Source: Candidatus Latescibacterota bacterium (GTDB taxonomy: Bacteria; Latescibacterota; CBDEFO01). From it: 64,000 bases of DNA. Shown here one piece after another: positions 20,381 to 31,557 of the stretch; position 1 is the first letter of the stretch; every line of letters starts with the position of its first letter. The translations under genes were made by a program, and so were the position numbers. Location of the stretch: contig CBDEFO010000008.1 of the NCBI GenBank assembly GCA_965237525.1, positions 800,001 through 864,000 of the forward strand, in the 5' to 3' direction. The notes under the pieces are model-generated. The model ran no database searches, had not been told where the DNA came from, and saw only the letters and a program-made list of their open reading frames with translations.

Positions 20381-23079
20381 CTACTCGGAAAGTTCCCGTA
20401 TTCGATCTTGCCAGCGTCCTATGACCTTCTTATGTTGCTCGGCGTCCGTTGGTAGAAGATCAATCGCTTTATTGTACGCCCCAACAGCCTTTTGGATTTC
20501 ATCTTTTTCCGACAGGCTTTGGGCCTTGAACGCCCATTTGCGGGCCTCGATGTATGGACGGCACTCGGGGCAGACTCCGCTCTGTTTCATAAGGTTGCGA
20601 TAGGCTTGGGGGTAACTCAAGTTTTCCATCCTGGAATCCATAAGACAAGCAGTCGAGTGATCGTAGACGTCGGGGATGTAGAAGAGCATGTGGCCAACTT
20701 CGTGCGCCACTATGGCAGCGCCGAGGACTTTGTTTTTCTCACTTTTGGATAGTTCCCCAAGCTCGGAGTCGTAGTAAAAAGGGATATGAGTGTCGAACTC
20801 AAACGTACTGCTCATCAATGTGAATCCGTCGAAGGTGGATCTCTTGGGGCTATCAAAAGATGCACCTCCCACTTTAGCATGCTTGAGGACGCTGTGCGGA
20901 TATGGCTCAACTGCGTTGTCTAAAAAGACGAACGTACTTGTCAAAACGATGTCGTAATCTTCTTGCTGTTCCATTACATCTACCCAATCTATGTACAATT
21001 GATGGCGATTATCAGGGGATAAAAGCGGCTGACCGCTCTCTTCTATCTTGCTTGTCATCGCTTTGTCTGCCCTATCTATATATTCCCCTATCAGAAAGTC
21101 AGCAAACTCTTTGTGGTCCTTAAATGGCTTTTTCGGTCTGAATCCCTGGAGGCTGTCTAATTGCCATCGCTTTAGAAGCCTTGTGAAAAACCCTTAGATT
21201 CAGAAAATAGTATAAAACAAGCATTGATAAAGCAGTTCCGATGTATTATATTATGTTATTGATAATATTATACATGGAGGAAACAATGACCCCACAAAAG
21301 CAGGAACAGACAAATCCGATGTTTCACTATTTTCAGATGGAGGATTTAGTTCCCGAGGATCATATCCTTCGTCAGATTGATGAGGCAGTTGATTTTTCAT
21401 TTGTACGAGACGTTGTATCAGATTGTTATTGCCCTGACAATGGCAGACCCGGTATTGATCCTGAATTAGTTGTTCGAATGATCCTTATTGGCTATCTGTA
21501 TAATTTGAGTGAGAATCGGCTCTGTCAGGAAGTGGGGATGCATGCGGCATATCGGTTGTTTTGTCATCAGACATTTGATGATGCGGTTCCGGATAGGAGC
21601 ACGATCAACAAGCTTCGCAATCACAAGTGGGCATCCAGTGGGTTGTTTGAACGGATAATGCGTCAGGTAGTCCAGTGTTGCATAGATGTCGGTCTTGTGA
21701 GCGGTAAACACCTTAGTGTCGACGGCACTCAGATACAAGCTGATGCTTCAGTGAAAAGTATTGAGCCGATAGAACCCCCTGTTTCTCTTGATGATTATCT
21801 CAAGGGAATCGGTTTTGAAGGTGATAAGACAAAGGGTAGGTCCGGGCATCCTCAGGATAAAGACTTTCATGGTGAAAAGTGGACGAACCAAACACACCGT
21901 TCGACTACAGACCCCGACGCGCGCTTATACAGCAAATCGAAGGGCAAAGGGGCTTTTCTCTCGTTTATGGGCCATGATCTGATCGACACAAAAAGCAGAG
22001 TAATCCTTGAGACTCAGGGCACGCAGGCGACAGGGACAGCAGAGCCCGAAAGTGCCCTTAAGATGGTAGATGACCTTGAAACATACACCATGCCCAAAGA
22101 CATTCAGACACTTAGTGCCGATACCGGTTACGGTTCTGGTAATTTTATCGCTGATGTACTTGACCGGGGAATCATACCCCATATTCCTCTGCGAGCCGAT
22201 GAGAAGATTGAACCGATTCCTACATGGAAAAACAAGACAAATCCAGCACATATTCAGGCCGAACGGGATAGAAAAGTGCGAGAGGCGAAAGCCAGAAATC
22301 ATGCACGGTCTATCTCATTAACAGCTGACTACAAACTCTCCCGGAGACTCCGTAAACGCAGTGAACATATCTTTGCTGAAGCCAGGCAACAACACGGTAT
22401 GGGACGAGCCCGTTATAGAGGACCAGCCTCACTGAATGAACAGTTGAATCTTGTTGCAACAGTACAGAATCTCAAGAGGCTTGTATCTTTCATAAGAAGG
22501 GGGAAAGCGTCTATGTGTGCCCTGTCTGTCAAAGACAGTGCATCCTGTTCTTCAAACAGCTCCTGTTCCTTGCTGACCAGAACTCTGATAAGACTATTTT
22601 GCTTATTCCACAGCAAAACGATACGATATGCTACTCTTTGACCCATAATCGGCGCTTCAGACGCTGCCTGGGACATAACTATTTCACAAGGCTTCTAGAA
22701 ACTCTGCGATCTTATCTTTATGCCTCCAGATGCGCTCAGGCGCCTTCAGTGGGAACCGATGTCCTCTGTTAAAAGATTCTCGACTCGGATAGCGGTTGAA
22801 GAAATCGAGAATGGGCTCCTCCTTGTTATCGAAAGTAATCTGTAAGAGTCGAAATCCGAAGCGGTCTTCCATTATGTCCCATGCGAAATCTAAGACTTCC
22901 TGTGCGTCTTTTTGAGTGATCGGAGGGAATTTCGGATCGTTCAATATCCCAACCTGTACCACGATTGAGATGGAGTTCTCCGAAAGCCTCTTATCGTCCG
23001 TTAGATCAGCCCGGACAGACGAGGATAAAGCAGCTATCGCGAGCGCACAGAGGAGAAATATCTTTAGAAAGGGGTGCAT
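20381..23079 (-). pseudogene. Secreted zinc metalloprotease (HExxH, metzincin-like) with C-terminal TPR, interrupted by IS1182
   Basis: Signal peptide; HEVGH...CLM...CPEC; excising the IS restores AEFL/KRWQLD in frame into ORF 20381-21058. Confidence 0.8.
21175..22695 (+). mobile_element. IS1182-family element, copy 2 (intact transposase 21241-22641)
   Basis: Near-identical to copy 1; same IRs; 1521 bp. Confidence 0.95.
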
Positions 23080-25086
23080 TATCTATTGATCTCCAGTTCT
23101 TTTAGGTGTCCCCAGGTAGAGGGAAGTACAATCGTGGGAAGTGTGGTTCCGTTTATAGTAGCTTCCCAAAGGACGTAGCGGTTGAATATCAAATGAAATC
23201 GGTGCAACTAATTTGATCTTTGTTTAGAGTATTAGTAGATTAAGTTGAGTTGATTGTCTTAACTTTAATCTACGGAGTCCTATGGACAAAGAGAGATTGG
23301 CCGTATTAAGACAAGAAGTCAACGAGATGTATTTTAAGAAAGAAATGTCAAAGCGAGAAGTTATCAAACAAGCGAGAGTTTCCAATGATTTCGTTACGGC
23401 TTGGACTAAATCTCCGGATCAGGATTTTGCCATGGATAATCGGGGTTGGCCAAAAGGAAAAAGGCGAAAATTGGCTAAAGTTGACGAACAGAGAATCAAA
23501 GAGATTTACCATAGCTTAGAGGACGATCCTTATCAGTTCTATTCAGGAGCCACTGTTATTGAACAAGAATGGAGGAATCGATATTCTAGCACCCCTCCTC
23601 CGTCGTTGCCGACTATCGGCAGAATGCTTTCAGATTTAGGACTTTCCCAGAGAAGGAAGAAAGGTAAAAACAAGGGTGCATCTCGTTATCTTTGTTATCC
23701 AGAGTATACCATTTACTATCTTTCAGGAGGCAGAGTCCTAGAATCAGACTTTATTGGTAAAAAGTATCTTACCGGCAGAACTGAGCCGGTCAACTTCGTT
23801 GGATTTTCCTTTAAGAAAGAGCCTAAGTTAAGGTATTTTCGGCGGGTTGACGGTCAAACAGCAACTAACTTTATCGAGAAGTGTCAGTCTTTCTTTGACA
23901 GGTTTGAAAAACCAGATTTCGTTAAGGTGGACAATTGCTCGGCGACTATTGGCAGTGTTTCAGGTAAAAGGAATGTCAGCAAAGCAATGCAGTTTCTCTT
24001 GAAAAATCAAGTGATTCCGATATTTGCCGTTCCCAGAAGGCCCTTTTCTCAAGCATCTATAGAAGGCAACAATTCTGTATTTTCAAGGAAGTTCTGGAAC
24101 AGAATTCAGTTCAAAAGCTTACAAGAAGTTGATCAGAAGTTAGAATGGTTTAATCTTTCATCACAGAGATACACCGGCTACCGTCCACCTAAGCAAGAGA
24201 AGTCAAACGAGAAAGATTTCATTCCCAAGACCTATTTTATCAGACAAGTCAAACAGGACACAGAACAGACAGATAAAGCCTTTATCGATGTCCTAAATGA
24301 GAAAGTATCTCTTCCCTCCTCTTACACCAACTACTTTGTCCTGGCTGAATGGAACCTAAAAGAAGAACAATTATACATCCATTTTGAAAAAGAACAGAAA
24401 CCAAAGATTGTCGAAAACCTATCATTCAAGATCAATCAAAGATCGAAAGAGAAGTGCACCGATTTCATTTGATAAATAACCCGTAGCAACTAAAGGTCCC
24501 GCTACTATTGAAACATCCCGACATGATCATTCCTGTGTTCACGGCGAAACTAATCGATGCGTCACAGCTTTCGAACGGATCGCCGTATAAGAAGATAAAA
24601 CAGTCTGGAAACGTGCCAGCAGGAACTTGCATGGGGATCGTCCATGGAATCCTCACGGTAGAACTCAAAAAATGATCTTGTGATAGTGCTTTGCCTCCAA
24701 TTGTTGGGGGGAAAGCCTCATATTGTATGCGATAATCGAAGTCTCCATTATCACGATTAGGTGGACTGGCAAAGTCAAATACAAACATCTCCTTATCCTC
24801 TATATAGTCGAATCTGTCGTTGTATTCGATGATATTGCCATTTTCATCCTTCCGCAGCAATTGACCGTTGCTCAGGCGAAAATAATTCCTCCCCTTCGAT
24901 TTCCGCTTCCGACAGAACCTCTAAGACGAACTGTTCTTGTGAAACTGCTTCATCTACAATTACACTGCTATACTCATATACCCAGCGATTGCCCACCTGT
25001 AGTGGCCAGTAGTCGTTCACAGGCTCTGCCTGAGCTGTTACAGGCAGGAAGCAGAGAACAAGAACTAAAAACGCAAGCCTCTTCAT
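23079..25086 (-). pseudogene. Secreted protein with C-terminal STWGHLK tail; one frameshift and an IS481-like insertion
   Basis: MKRLAFLVLVLCFLPVTAQA signal, YWPLQVGNRWVY; excising the IS gives ...CYGL/FNRYVLWEATINGTTLPTIVLPSTWGHLKELEINR-stop, TAATG-coupled to the next gene. Confidence 0.75.
23187..24474 (+). mobile_element. IS481-like DDE (rve) insertion sequence; transposase 23282-24472
   Basis: N-terminal HTH, ESDF...VDN...IEGNN triad; perfect 20-bp IRs tatcaaatgaaatcggtgca; AA flanks. Confidence 0.85.
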
Positions 25087-25205
25087 TATAAGAATGCATC
25101 TCATTGACAAAGTCAAGCAATTTGGTTTCATTATATCCTCTGGCATGTAAAACGCCAGGATTTTCGTCTCGGTCAGTTCCATCATAGCTGGACGCAGTTT
25201 CTAAT

Positions 25206-25708
25206 CTAAACCTCCTCCTCCAAAAGGTCCCTGCTTCTGGGGTCAAGTTTTCTGTAATCTGGTATCTGTTCCCGTCGATGTCCTTTATAAGTACCCGTCC
25301 ACGTCCAATCATCCGCGCATCCCGCCTGCTTCTCAATTCAAAGGTTCGATGACCCTTATCCGTCTCCACGTCCCACTTCGGCACGCCGAAATCCTCATCT
25401 ATGTCATTGATCCTGATTATGTCCGGCATAAAGTAGGACTTCTCCAGCTCAACTTTGAGTGCCTCTCTGGACTCGCCATCCAACTGGCCGGGATCTTCTA
25501 TTATTATACCTATTTCCTTTTCCTCCTCATCCTTCAACGCTATGAAGTGCATAGCGGCCGATAATGGAAAAGCCTTCACTGCCCTGACCTTAGAGTATTC
25601 CCTCCCATCATCGAAGCTGACTCCTAAATCCTGAAATCCATCGAGGTACAGCTTTATCTTCCCTGGATCAATCGTTTCCATCTCCTTCTCTATATCCACC
25701 CGAGCCAT
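25206..25708 (-). CDS. DUF1854 domain protein (frameshift near C-terminus)
   Basis: AFPLS...EIGII...YFMPDI..I...W.VETDKG...DIDGNRY; LDPRSRDLLEEEV-stop in an alternate frame. Confidence 0.8.
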
Positions 25709-25819
25709 AGGAATATGCCTCCTAAAATCTGTTTTACGAAAAAAAGGCGGTGCGGCCGCTGTGCTGGGGTATCCGCAAGCGTCGCAGTGGTCGAAGAACT
25801 TTTCTTGGGGTCTCGGCGA

Positions 25820-28207
25820 TCACAACGCTGTAATCTTGGAAAGCTCTGTCTGCATATTGCATAGACGGGCATATATGCCGTCCTGCTCGATCAACTCATC
25901 GTGTGTGCCCATCTCTGCAACCCTCCCTTTCTCTATGATGAGAAGCCGGTTGGAGTGCTTGAGCGTTGAAAGCCTGTGCGCGATAGCGAAGGTAGTGCGT
26001 CCCTCTATAAGCCTTGCCAGTGCCTCCTGGATCTGTGCCTCTGTCTCTGTATCTACGTTCGAGGTGGCCTCATCCAGAATCAGAATGCGTGGATCCTTCA
26101 GGATGGCCCTGGCTATGGCCAGACGCTGCCGCTCGCCGCCGGAGACATTGCTGCCTCGTTCCCCCACCTGCGTGTCATAGCCATCGGGGTATTCCACGAT
26201 GAAATCGTGGGCATTGGCTGCCTTAGCCGCACCCATAATCTCCCTCATAGAGGCCCCCGGTTTCCCGTAGACGATGTTCTCCGCCACAGTGCCGTTGAAC
26301 AGAAAAGGCTCCTGGAGCACAACGCCGATCTGATCGCGCAGGGACTTCAGCTTCACCTCCCGAACATCATAACCATCTACGAGGATCCTTCCACTATCCA
26401 CATCGTAGAAGCGGCAGATCAAGTTGATGAGCGTGCTCTTGCCTGCCCCGCTGTGACCCGCCAGGCCGATCATCTCCCCGGGCTTCACATCGAAGCTGAT
26501 TGCCTTCAGGACAGGCGTCCCTTCCTCGTAGCTGAATGTAACATCTTGAAACTCTATGTGTCCCTCTATCTCCGGAATCTGGACAGAATCCTCGTCGTCC
26601 GCCATATCCGGCTCACTGTCCAGAACCTCAAAGACCCGCTCTGCAGCAGTTGCAGCGCTCTGAAGACGGTGGTTCAACCTGCAGAGCGACTCCACAGGCC
26701 CGTAGAACTGCCACATATAGCTTGAGAAGGCCACAAAATCGCCCAGGGTGATCGTGCCACCTATAACCTTGTGTCCACCTGCCCACCATATGATAATTGT
26801 GCCCAATGAGGTGATGAAGCCCATGATCGGCATAAAGCTGGTTCTAAGTTTGGCAGCCCTCATCGAGCCATCGAGCAGTTCCTCGCTTTTCCCCATAAAC
26901 TTACCCACCTCACGCTCCTCCTGGGCGAAGGCCTTCACCACCCTTATCCCCGGTATCGTATCCGACAGGATGGCGCTTATGCTGGCAAATCGCTTCCAGA
27001 GAATGCGAAACACCTTGTGCAGTCTCCTGCCGAAAAAGATGGTGACAATGACCAAGAACGGGGTCGGCAGCAGGACAAAGGTTGCAAGTTGCCAGTTGAG
27101 TGAGAACAGAATCCCGCAGATGATGACTAAGGTCAGCACGCTGCGGATCATCTCCTGAAGGCCTTCGCTGATGAAGTCCTGAAGACGCCCCACGTCGTTC
27201 GTGATCCTGGACATGATCCTTCCCGTCTCCCTCTGGCTGAAGAAGCTCAAAGAGAGGGTGTGAAGATGTCTGTAGACCTGGTTGCGCAGATCAAAGGTGA
27301 CCCTCTGGCCTAACCACTCCATCATGTAGCTCCGTAACGCCCGGAGTGCGTTTGTGGATACTGTGATCGCGAATAGGAGGGTCACCAACACTGCCAGTAG
27401 GGTCGTACTCCCTCTGGGAGCGAACTGCTCTATGCGGCCTATGATGCCTCCTTCAGGCCCCAAATCCAGCGGCTGTTCCTCTCGCGGCTTCACATTGAGC
27501 ACATCGTCTATCAGTGTGCGGGTGAGCAAGGGAGGGGTCAGGCTTATGAACGTGGCTATGAGCATCAGTGTCAGACCTGCAAGGGAAACCTTCCAGTAAG
27601 GCAGCCCATAGCTTAAGAGCCTGAAGAGCAACTTGCCCTTCTTAATACAGAACGGACAGACACCTCCCCAGCGAGGGAGTTTGACCTTGCCGCAGTTGGG
27701 GCAGCGCTGTCTCTGCCTCTCAAACGCCCTGCGCCCTCTTCCCACGTCATCATCGGAGGCTGCGATCTCTTCCGGCCTGCTCCTTCTGAGCAACTCCTCT
27801 ATCTCCGGGGTCACCTGTGCGAACTTATATGCCAGCGACTTCGAGAACCTGGCCACCTCCACCCCACGGTCCGCAGTGCGGACCTTCAGTATGTTGTTGC
27901 TGAAGAGGTCTCGCATCTCCACGGAAGCGATATCCGTCAACCTTATGTGGACTAACGAGAAAGGATCGGCGCCGTTAGGACTGAAAGCAAGCAGACGCTT
28001 GTCCGTCGCCAGAAGCCAGCCGGTGCCGTATTCGCCGTCCAGCCCTATGTCTGTGGAGACGGATAGATGGATCTCCTCGTCGGAGCCTACGATCCCATCC
28101 ATCGCGGCCCTTACCTCATCTGGTATCGGTTCCTTTAGTTCTTTTTTGTCCTTTGACGCATCTGAGTCCACTGTTGTCTCCCAACAGGTTAAAGAGAGAT
28201 CGGTCAT
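25820..28207 (-). CDS. ABC transporter, fused permease/ATPase with N-terminal extension and CxxC...CxxC knuckle
   Basis: GHSGAGKS, SGGERQR, ILDEATS, IAHRLS; CPNCG...CPFC. Confidence 0.93.
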   Translation of the reverse strand: MTDLSLTCWETTVDSDASKDKKELKEPIPDEVRAAMDGIVGSDEEIHLSVSTDIGLDGEYGTGWLLATDKRLLAFSPNGADPFSLVHIRLTDIASVEMRDLFSNNILKVRTADRGVEVARFSKSLAYKFAQVTPEIEELLRRSRPEEIAASDDDVGRGRRAFERQRQRCPNCGKVKLPRWGGVCPFCIKKGKLLFRLLSYGLPYWKVSLAGLTLMLIATFISLTPPLLTRTLIDDVLNVKPREEQPLDLGPEGGIIGRIEQFAPRGSTTLLAVLVTLLFAITVSTNALRALRSYMMEWLGQRVTFDLRNQVYRHLHTLSLSFFSQRETGRIMSRITNDVGRLQDFISEGLQEMIRSVLTLVIICGILFSLNWQLATFVLLPTPFLVIVTIFFGRRLHKVFRILWKRFASISAILSDTIPGIRVVKAFAQEEREVGKFMGKSEELLDGSMRAAKLRTSFMPIMGFITSLGTIIIWWAGGHKVIGGTITLGDFVAFSSYMWQFYGPVESLCRLNHRLQSAATAAERVFEVLDSEPDMADDEDSVQIPEIEGHIEFQDVTFSYEEGTPVLKAISFDVKPGEMIGLAGHSGAGKSTLINLICRFYDVDSGRILVDGYDVREVKLKSLRDQIGVVLQEPFLFNGTVAENIVYGKPGASMREIMGAAKAANAHDFIVEYPDGYDTQVGERGSNVSGGERQRLAIARAILKDPRILILDEATSNVDTETEAQIQEALARLIEGRTTFAIAHRLSTLKHSNRLLIIEKGRVAEMGTHDELIEQDGIYARLCNMQTELSKITAL

Positions 28208-28372
28208 TTACCTTACGTACCTGAGCTTTGCCGCCAACCTCTTTCTGAATATGGTGTCTGCTGTCAAATGGCATCAGGGCACTTTGCCTATCCTCTCAAA
28301 GATTACCAATACACATAGAAGAACACCGTTCATCAACAAGTCAGAGCGATTAGAACACTCTATGGTAAACAC

Positions 28373-29887
28373 TTAAAGGTCATCAATTTTGATGTCGTTT
28401 TTTTCCAGAGTGGTGCCCCTTACCTTCTCCAGGTTTATGAGAGATTCGTTGTAATCTATAATAGCCTTCAGATGATTCGTCCTTGCGGTCGCAAGGATCC
28501 GTTGAGTTTCCAGAACGTCGCGCACTGTGGATAGCCCCAACCTCAGCCTCTCCTCCTCTTCGGTTAAGTTCCTCTCCTCCAGAGTCCTGGCCAACTGGGT
28601 GGCTCTGATCCTCCTGATGTCGGTGTCTATCTGTCTCACTGCGTCCCTTATCTGGACTATTATATCCTGTTCCATCTTCTTAATATTTAGTTCGGCTCTC
28701 CTCTTTTCTAATCTGCTTGCGGCATACTGGCTCGAAGCAGAGCGGTTCCCTATCGGAACATCAATGGACAGGCCCACGTCCCACGTATTAGCGTCCAACT
28801 CCGATAGGAGATCCAGATTGTCCGAATAGTTTACTCCCAGACCGTTGAACTGCAGGCTTGCCGTCAGATCCAAAGAAGGGAGGGTCTGATTGTATGCCCT
28901 TGAGACATTTATCTTTCTATTTTCAATATCTATCTTGGCCTGAGCGTAGTCCGCTCTCTTTTCAAATGCCTCCTGAATGCTCTTTTCAAGGTCTATCTCT
29001 ACAGACTCAAAGACCGGTTCATCTGTAGGTCGCAGTGCAGCGTCCCATACCTGAGGTTTATCTATGATATTCGTAATAGCCTTGAGCCTGTCCTCAGCGT
29101 CCCTGACCGCGTCCTCTGCCACTATTATGTCTCCTTCCCTTGAAGCCACAGAGGCCAGAGCCTGGAGCGTGTCGGACGGAGGCACAGAGCCTACTTCCAC
29201 TCGAACTCTCATCTCGTCCAAGAGCCTTAAGGCCTCATCGAGAGATAACTTCTGAACTTCCATGTTTTCTATGGCAAAGACCAGATTCCAGTAAGCTGAC
29301 TGGACATCGGATACGACCTCTATGACCCTCTGGTTCAGGGCATTCTGGGAGATAGCCTTGTTATTCTGGGAAATCGTAATGCTGGACTTATTGAAGCCAA
29401 TTCCCCAACCCTTTAAGAGCGGCTGAGAGATGAAGAACCTGGCCTGGGAGTCATAGAAGACCGGCTCAGCGCTAAAGCGTGAATTTGTCTCCTGACGGCG
29501 ATTGAAAAAGTCGAGTCGGTAGTTTGCTCCTGTAGCAAGCCTTTGATTAAATCCGATGGAGAAATTAAGGTTGTTAATTTCAGATCCGGCTACCCGATTG
29601 AATGTGGGACGCTTGGATCTTTCTCCTGAAAAATCCAGAGTCATCGCCAGATCAAAGGCTCCCTTTGCACCTCTTATGTTATGGTCCCCTATTTGGGGTC
29701 CTATCTTTTCTGAGGCTATTTCGAAATTGTTCTCCAGAGTCAGCTTTATCGCCTTCTCTATCGAAAGTGTCACGGTCCTGCGAGCATCGCTTGAAATTGT
29801 CTGGGTCTGATTACGCAGTTGGGCATTTGCCCAGGATGCCCATAAAACTGTGACCAGAATATAGCTTGCAAACTTAGTCCTGTTCAT
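28373..29887 (-). CDS. TolC-family outer membrane efflux protein
   Basis: Signal peptide; LSIEKAI..TLENN; two OEP repeats. Confidence 0.9.
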   Translation of the reverse strand: MNRTKFASYILVTVLWASWANAQLRNQTQTISSDARRTVTLSIEKAIKLTLENNFEIASEKIGPQIGDHNIRGAKGAFDLAMTLDFSGERSKRPTFNRVAGSEINNLNFSIGFNQRLATGANYRLDFFNRRQETNSRFSAEPVFYDSQARFFISQPLLKGWGIGFNKSSITISQNNKAISQNALNQRVIEVVSDVQSAYWNLVFAIENMEVQKLSLDEALRLLDEMRVRVEVGSVPPSDTLQALASVASREGDIIVAEDAVRDAEDRLKAITNIIDKPQVWDAALRPTDEPVFESVEIDLEKSIQEAFEKRADYAQAKIDIENRKINVSRAYNQTLPSLDLTASLQFNGLGVNYSDNLDLLSELDANTWDVGLSIDVPIGNRSASSQYAASRLEKRRAELNIKKMEQDIIVQIRDAVRQIDTDIRRIRATQLARTLEERNLTEEEERLRLGLSTVRDVLETQRILATARTNHLKAIIDYNESLINLEKVRGTTLEKNDIKIDDL

Positions 29888-29900
29888 TCAAACCTCGCTT

Positions 29901-30545
29901 TTATGCCTCCAGTCCCTCTTTTCTGTTGCCAATGCCGTTTATGAACTGATCTATTATCAACGACGCCTGATCCTGCATCGGCTCTTTGCGCTTTTCTCTC
30001 ATCCAGCGGAACATTACGGAGTTTATCATCCCCTGAAACATATAGGCAGAGGCGTCGGGATCAACGTCTCTGAACTCCCCAGACTTTACACCGTCCTCAA
30101 TTATCTGTGCCGTTGACCTTATGACCCCCTGACGGCTCTCCTTTATCCTGCTCTTTATGTTTTCTTTCTCGTCTGAGTAGAGCTTGTGCGACTCGGAAAA
30201 GAGTATTTTGAACAGGTCTCTGTTCTTATCTTTGTAATTTAAGTGCGCCTTGACTATGTCAGTCAGCCTCGATGTGGCATCCTTGTCTTCCACTATCAGT
30301 TCATCTATCAGTCTGCCGAAATACTCCACTGACGACTTTATGATCTCCAGGAATATCTGCTCTTTCCCCTTGAAGTAGAAATATAGCGTTGCCTTTCCGA
30401 ACTCTGCCTTCTCGGCGATGTCGTCCATAGTGGCGTTCTGGAAGCCTTTTTCGGCGAACACCTTCCTGGCAGCCTTTAGTATCTGATCCTTCCGCTGCTG
30501 CCTTTCTCTGTCCTTCCTGCTCATATTTTCCCGATTCTCGTTCAA
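29901..30545 (-). CDS. TetR/AcrR-family regulator
   Basis: ILKAARKVFAEKGF..ATMDDIA..AEFGKATLYFYFKGKE. Confidence 0.95.
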   Translation of the reverse strand: MNENRENMSRKDRERQQRKDQILKAARKVFAEKGFQNATMDDIAEKAEFGKATLYFYFKGKEQIFLEIIKSSVEYFGRLIDELIVEDKDATSRLTDIVKAHLNYKDKNRDLFKILFSESHKLYSDEKENIKSRIKESRQGVIRSTAQIIEDGVKSGEFRDVDPDASAYMFQGMINSVMFRWMREKRKEPMQDQASLIIDQFINGIGNRKEGLEA

Positions 30546-30593
30546 TTTTGACTACCAAGAAAGAAAAAACTTAATCCAAATCCTTAATTTACT

Positions 30594-30723
30594 TGATAGA
30601 TCTATCAGTCGAATAAACGAATAATTAGTCTACAAGATACAATAGTTAAAGAAGAATGTCAAGCTTTTTTTATCTTTTCCGACTCTTTTTAGCTTGACAT
30701 TATAGAAAGTCTTCACTTACTAT
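30594..30723. promoter_or_regulatory. Divergent sigma70 promoters (tetR / VOC gene) and candidate TetR operator
   Basis: Minus TTGACA-17-TATCTT; plus TTGACA-18-TACTAT; 14-bp palindrome tgatagatctatca. Confidence 0.55.
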
Positions 30724-30774
30724 CGTTGGGAACAGCAGATATTCCAAAAACTTCTTGTAAGGAGGTCTAAAGCT

Positions 30775-31188
30775 ATGGGCGACGGTCAACAATCCGCTAG
30801 CAAGTTCATCAGTTGTGAGCCGTTCTTTCTGGTAGCTGACGTTAAGAAGGCGGCCGAGTACTACCGCGATGTGCTCGGCTTTGAGTACGATCAGCTCTGG
30901 GGTGATCCGCCATTTTTCTGCAGGCCCGAACGCGACGGGTACACCTTCATGCTGAGGCAGGTCGAAGATAAGTCCGTCGTAAGGCCCAACTCGGTAGCCT
31001 GCGATACTTGGGACGCTTATATAAAGGTCACAGACGCCGACGCTCTATTTGAAGAGTTTAAGTCCAGAGGAGCCAATGTAGACTACGAGCCTGAAATGAT
31101 GGAGGGGATGGATGTTAAGCATTTCGGGATCAAGGACGTGGACGGTTATCTGCTGGGCTTCGGCCAAGAAGGGACGACAGGAGATTGA
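30775..31188 (+). CDS. VOC (glyoxalase/bleomycin-resistance) family protein, copy 1
   Basis: VADVKKAAEYYRDVLGFE; V.DADALFEEF..RGA; KDVDGYLLGFG. Confidence 0.9.
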   Translation: MGDGQQSASKFISCEPFFLVADVKKAAEYYRDVLGFEYDQLWGDPPFFCRPERDGYTFMLRQVEDKSVVRPNSVACDTWDAYIKVTDADALFEEFKSRGANVDYEPEMMEGMDVKHFGIKDVDGYLLGFGQEGTTGD

Positions 31189-31234
31189 TCGGATAGACTC
31201 AGCGCCACTCTGACAGAGGCGAGGTGATTTGCAA

Positions 31235-31449
31235 GACAGTAGGGTCTTAAACGAGCGCCGCGCTATCTCCGCAAAGAGGATCACCGTCACCCACTCTGCT
31301 GCGGAGCCTATGCTCTCCCCCGCGATCAGGCCCATGTAGATAGCACCCGGCATCATCACGAACCTTATGAAGAACGCCCCTATGACCGTCCTTACGGTTA
31401 CGCCGTCCTGAAATTCAGCAGTTGTATTGTCAGTTGTCTCTATAGACAT
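31235..31449 (-). pseudogene. N-terminal fragment of an OPT-like membrane transporter, copy 1
   Basis: FQDGVTVRTVIGAFF...MPGAIYMGL..G....AAEWVTVILFAEIARRSF, truncated. Confidence 0.65.
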
Positions 31450-31557
31450 CAAGGTAACCTAACTGAGTGGTCGGAACACTTTATCCAAGAAAAAAGAGCA
31501 GGATGTATTCCTGCTCTATGGTCAAATCTGAACGTCTGGCGGTGCGGATCTTTCTGG

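Noticed and set aside
24974..25205. Long C-terminal extension of the DUF1854 ORF
   Set aside because: Frameshift artefact; the natural end is in another frame at 25206
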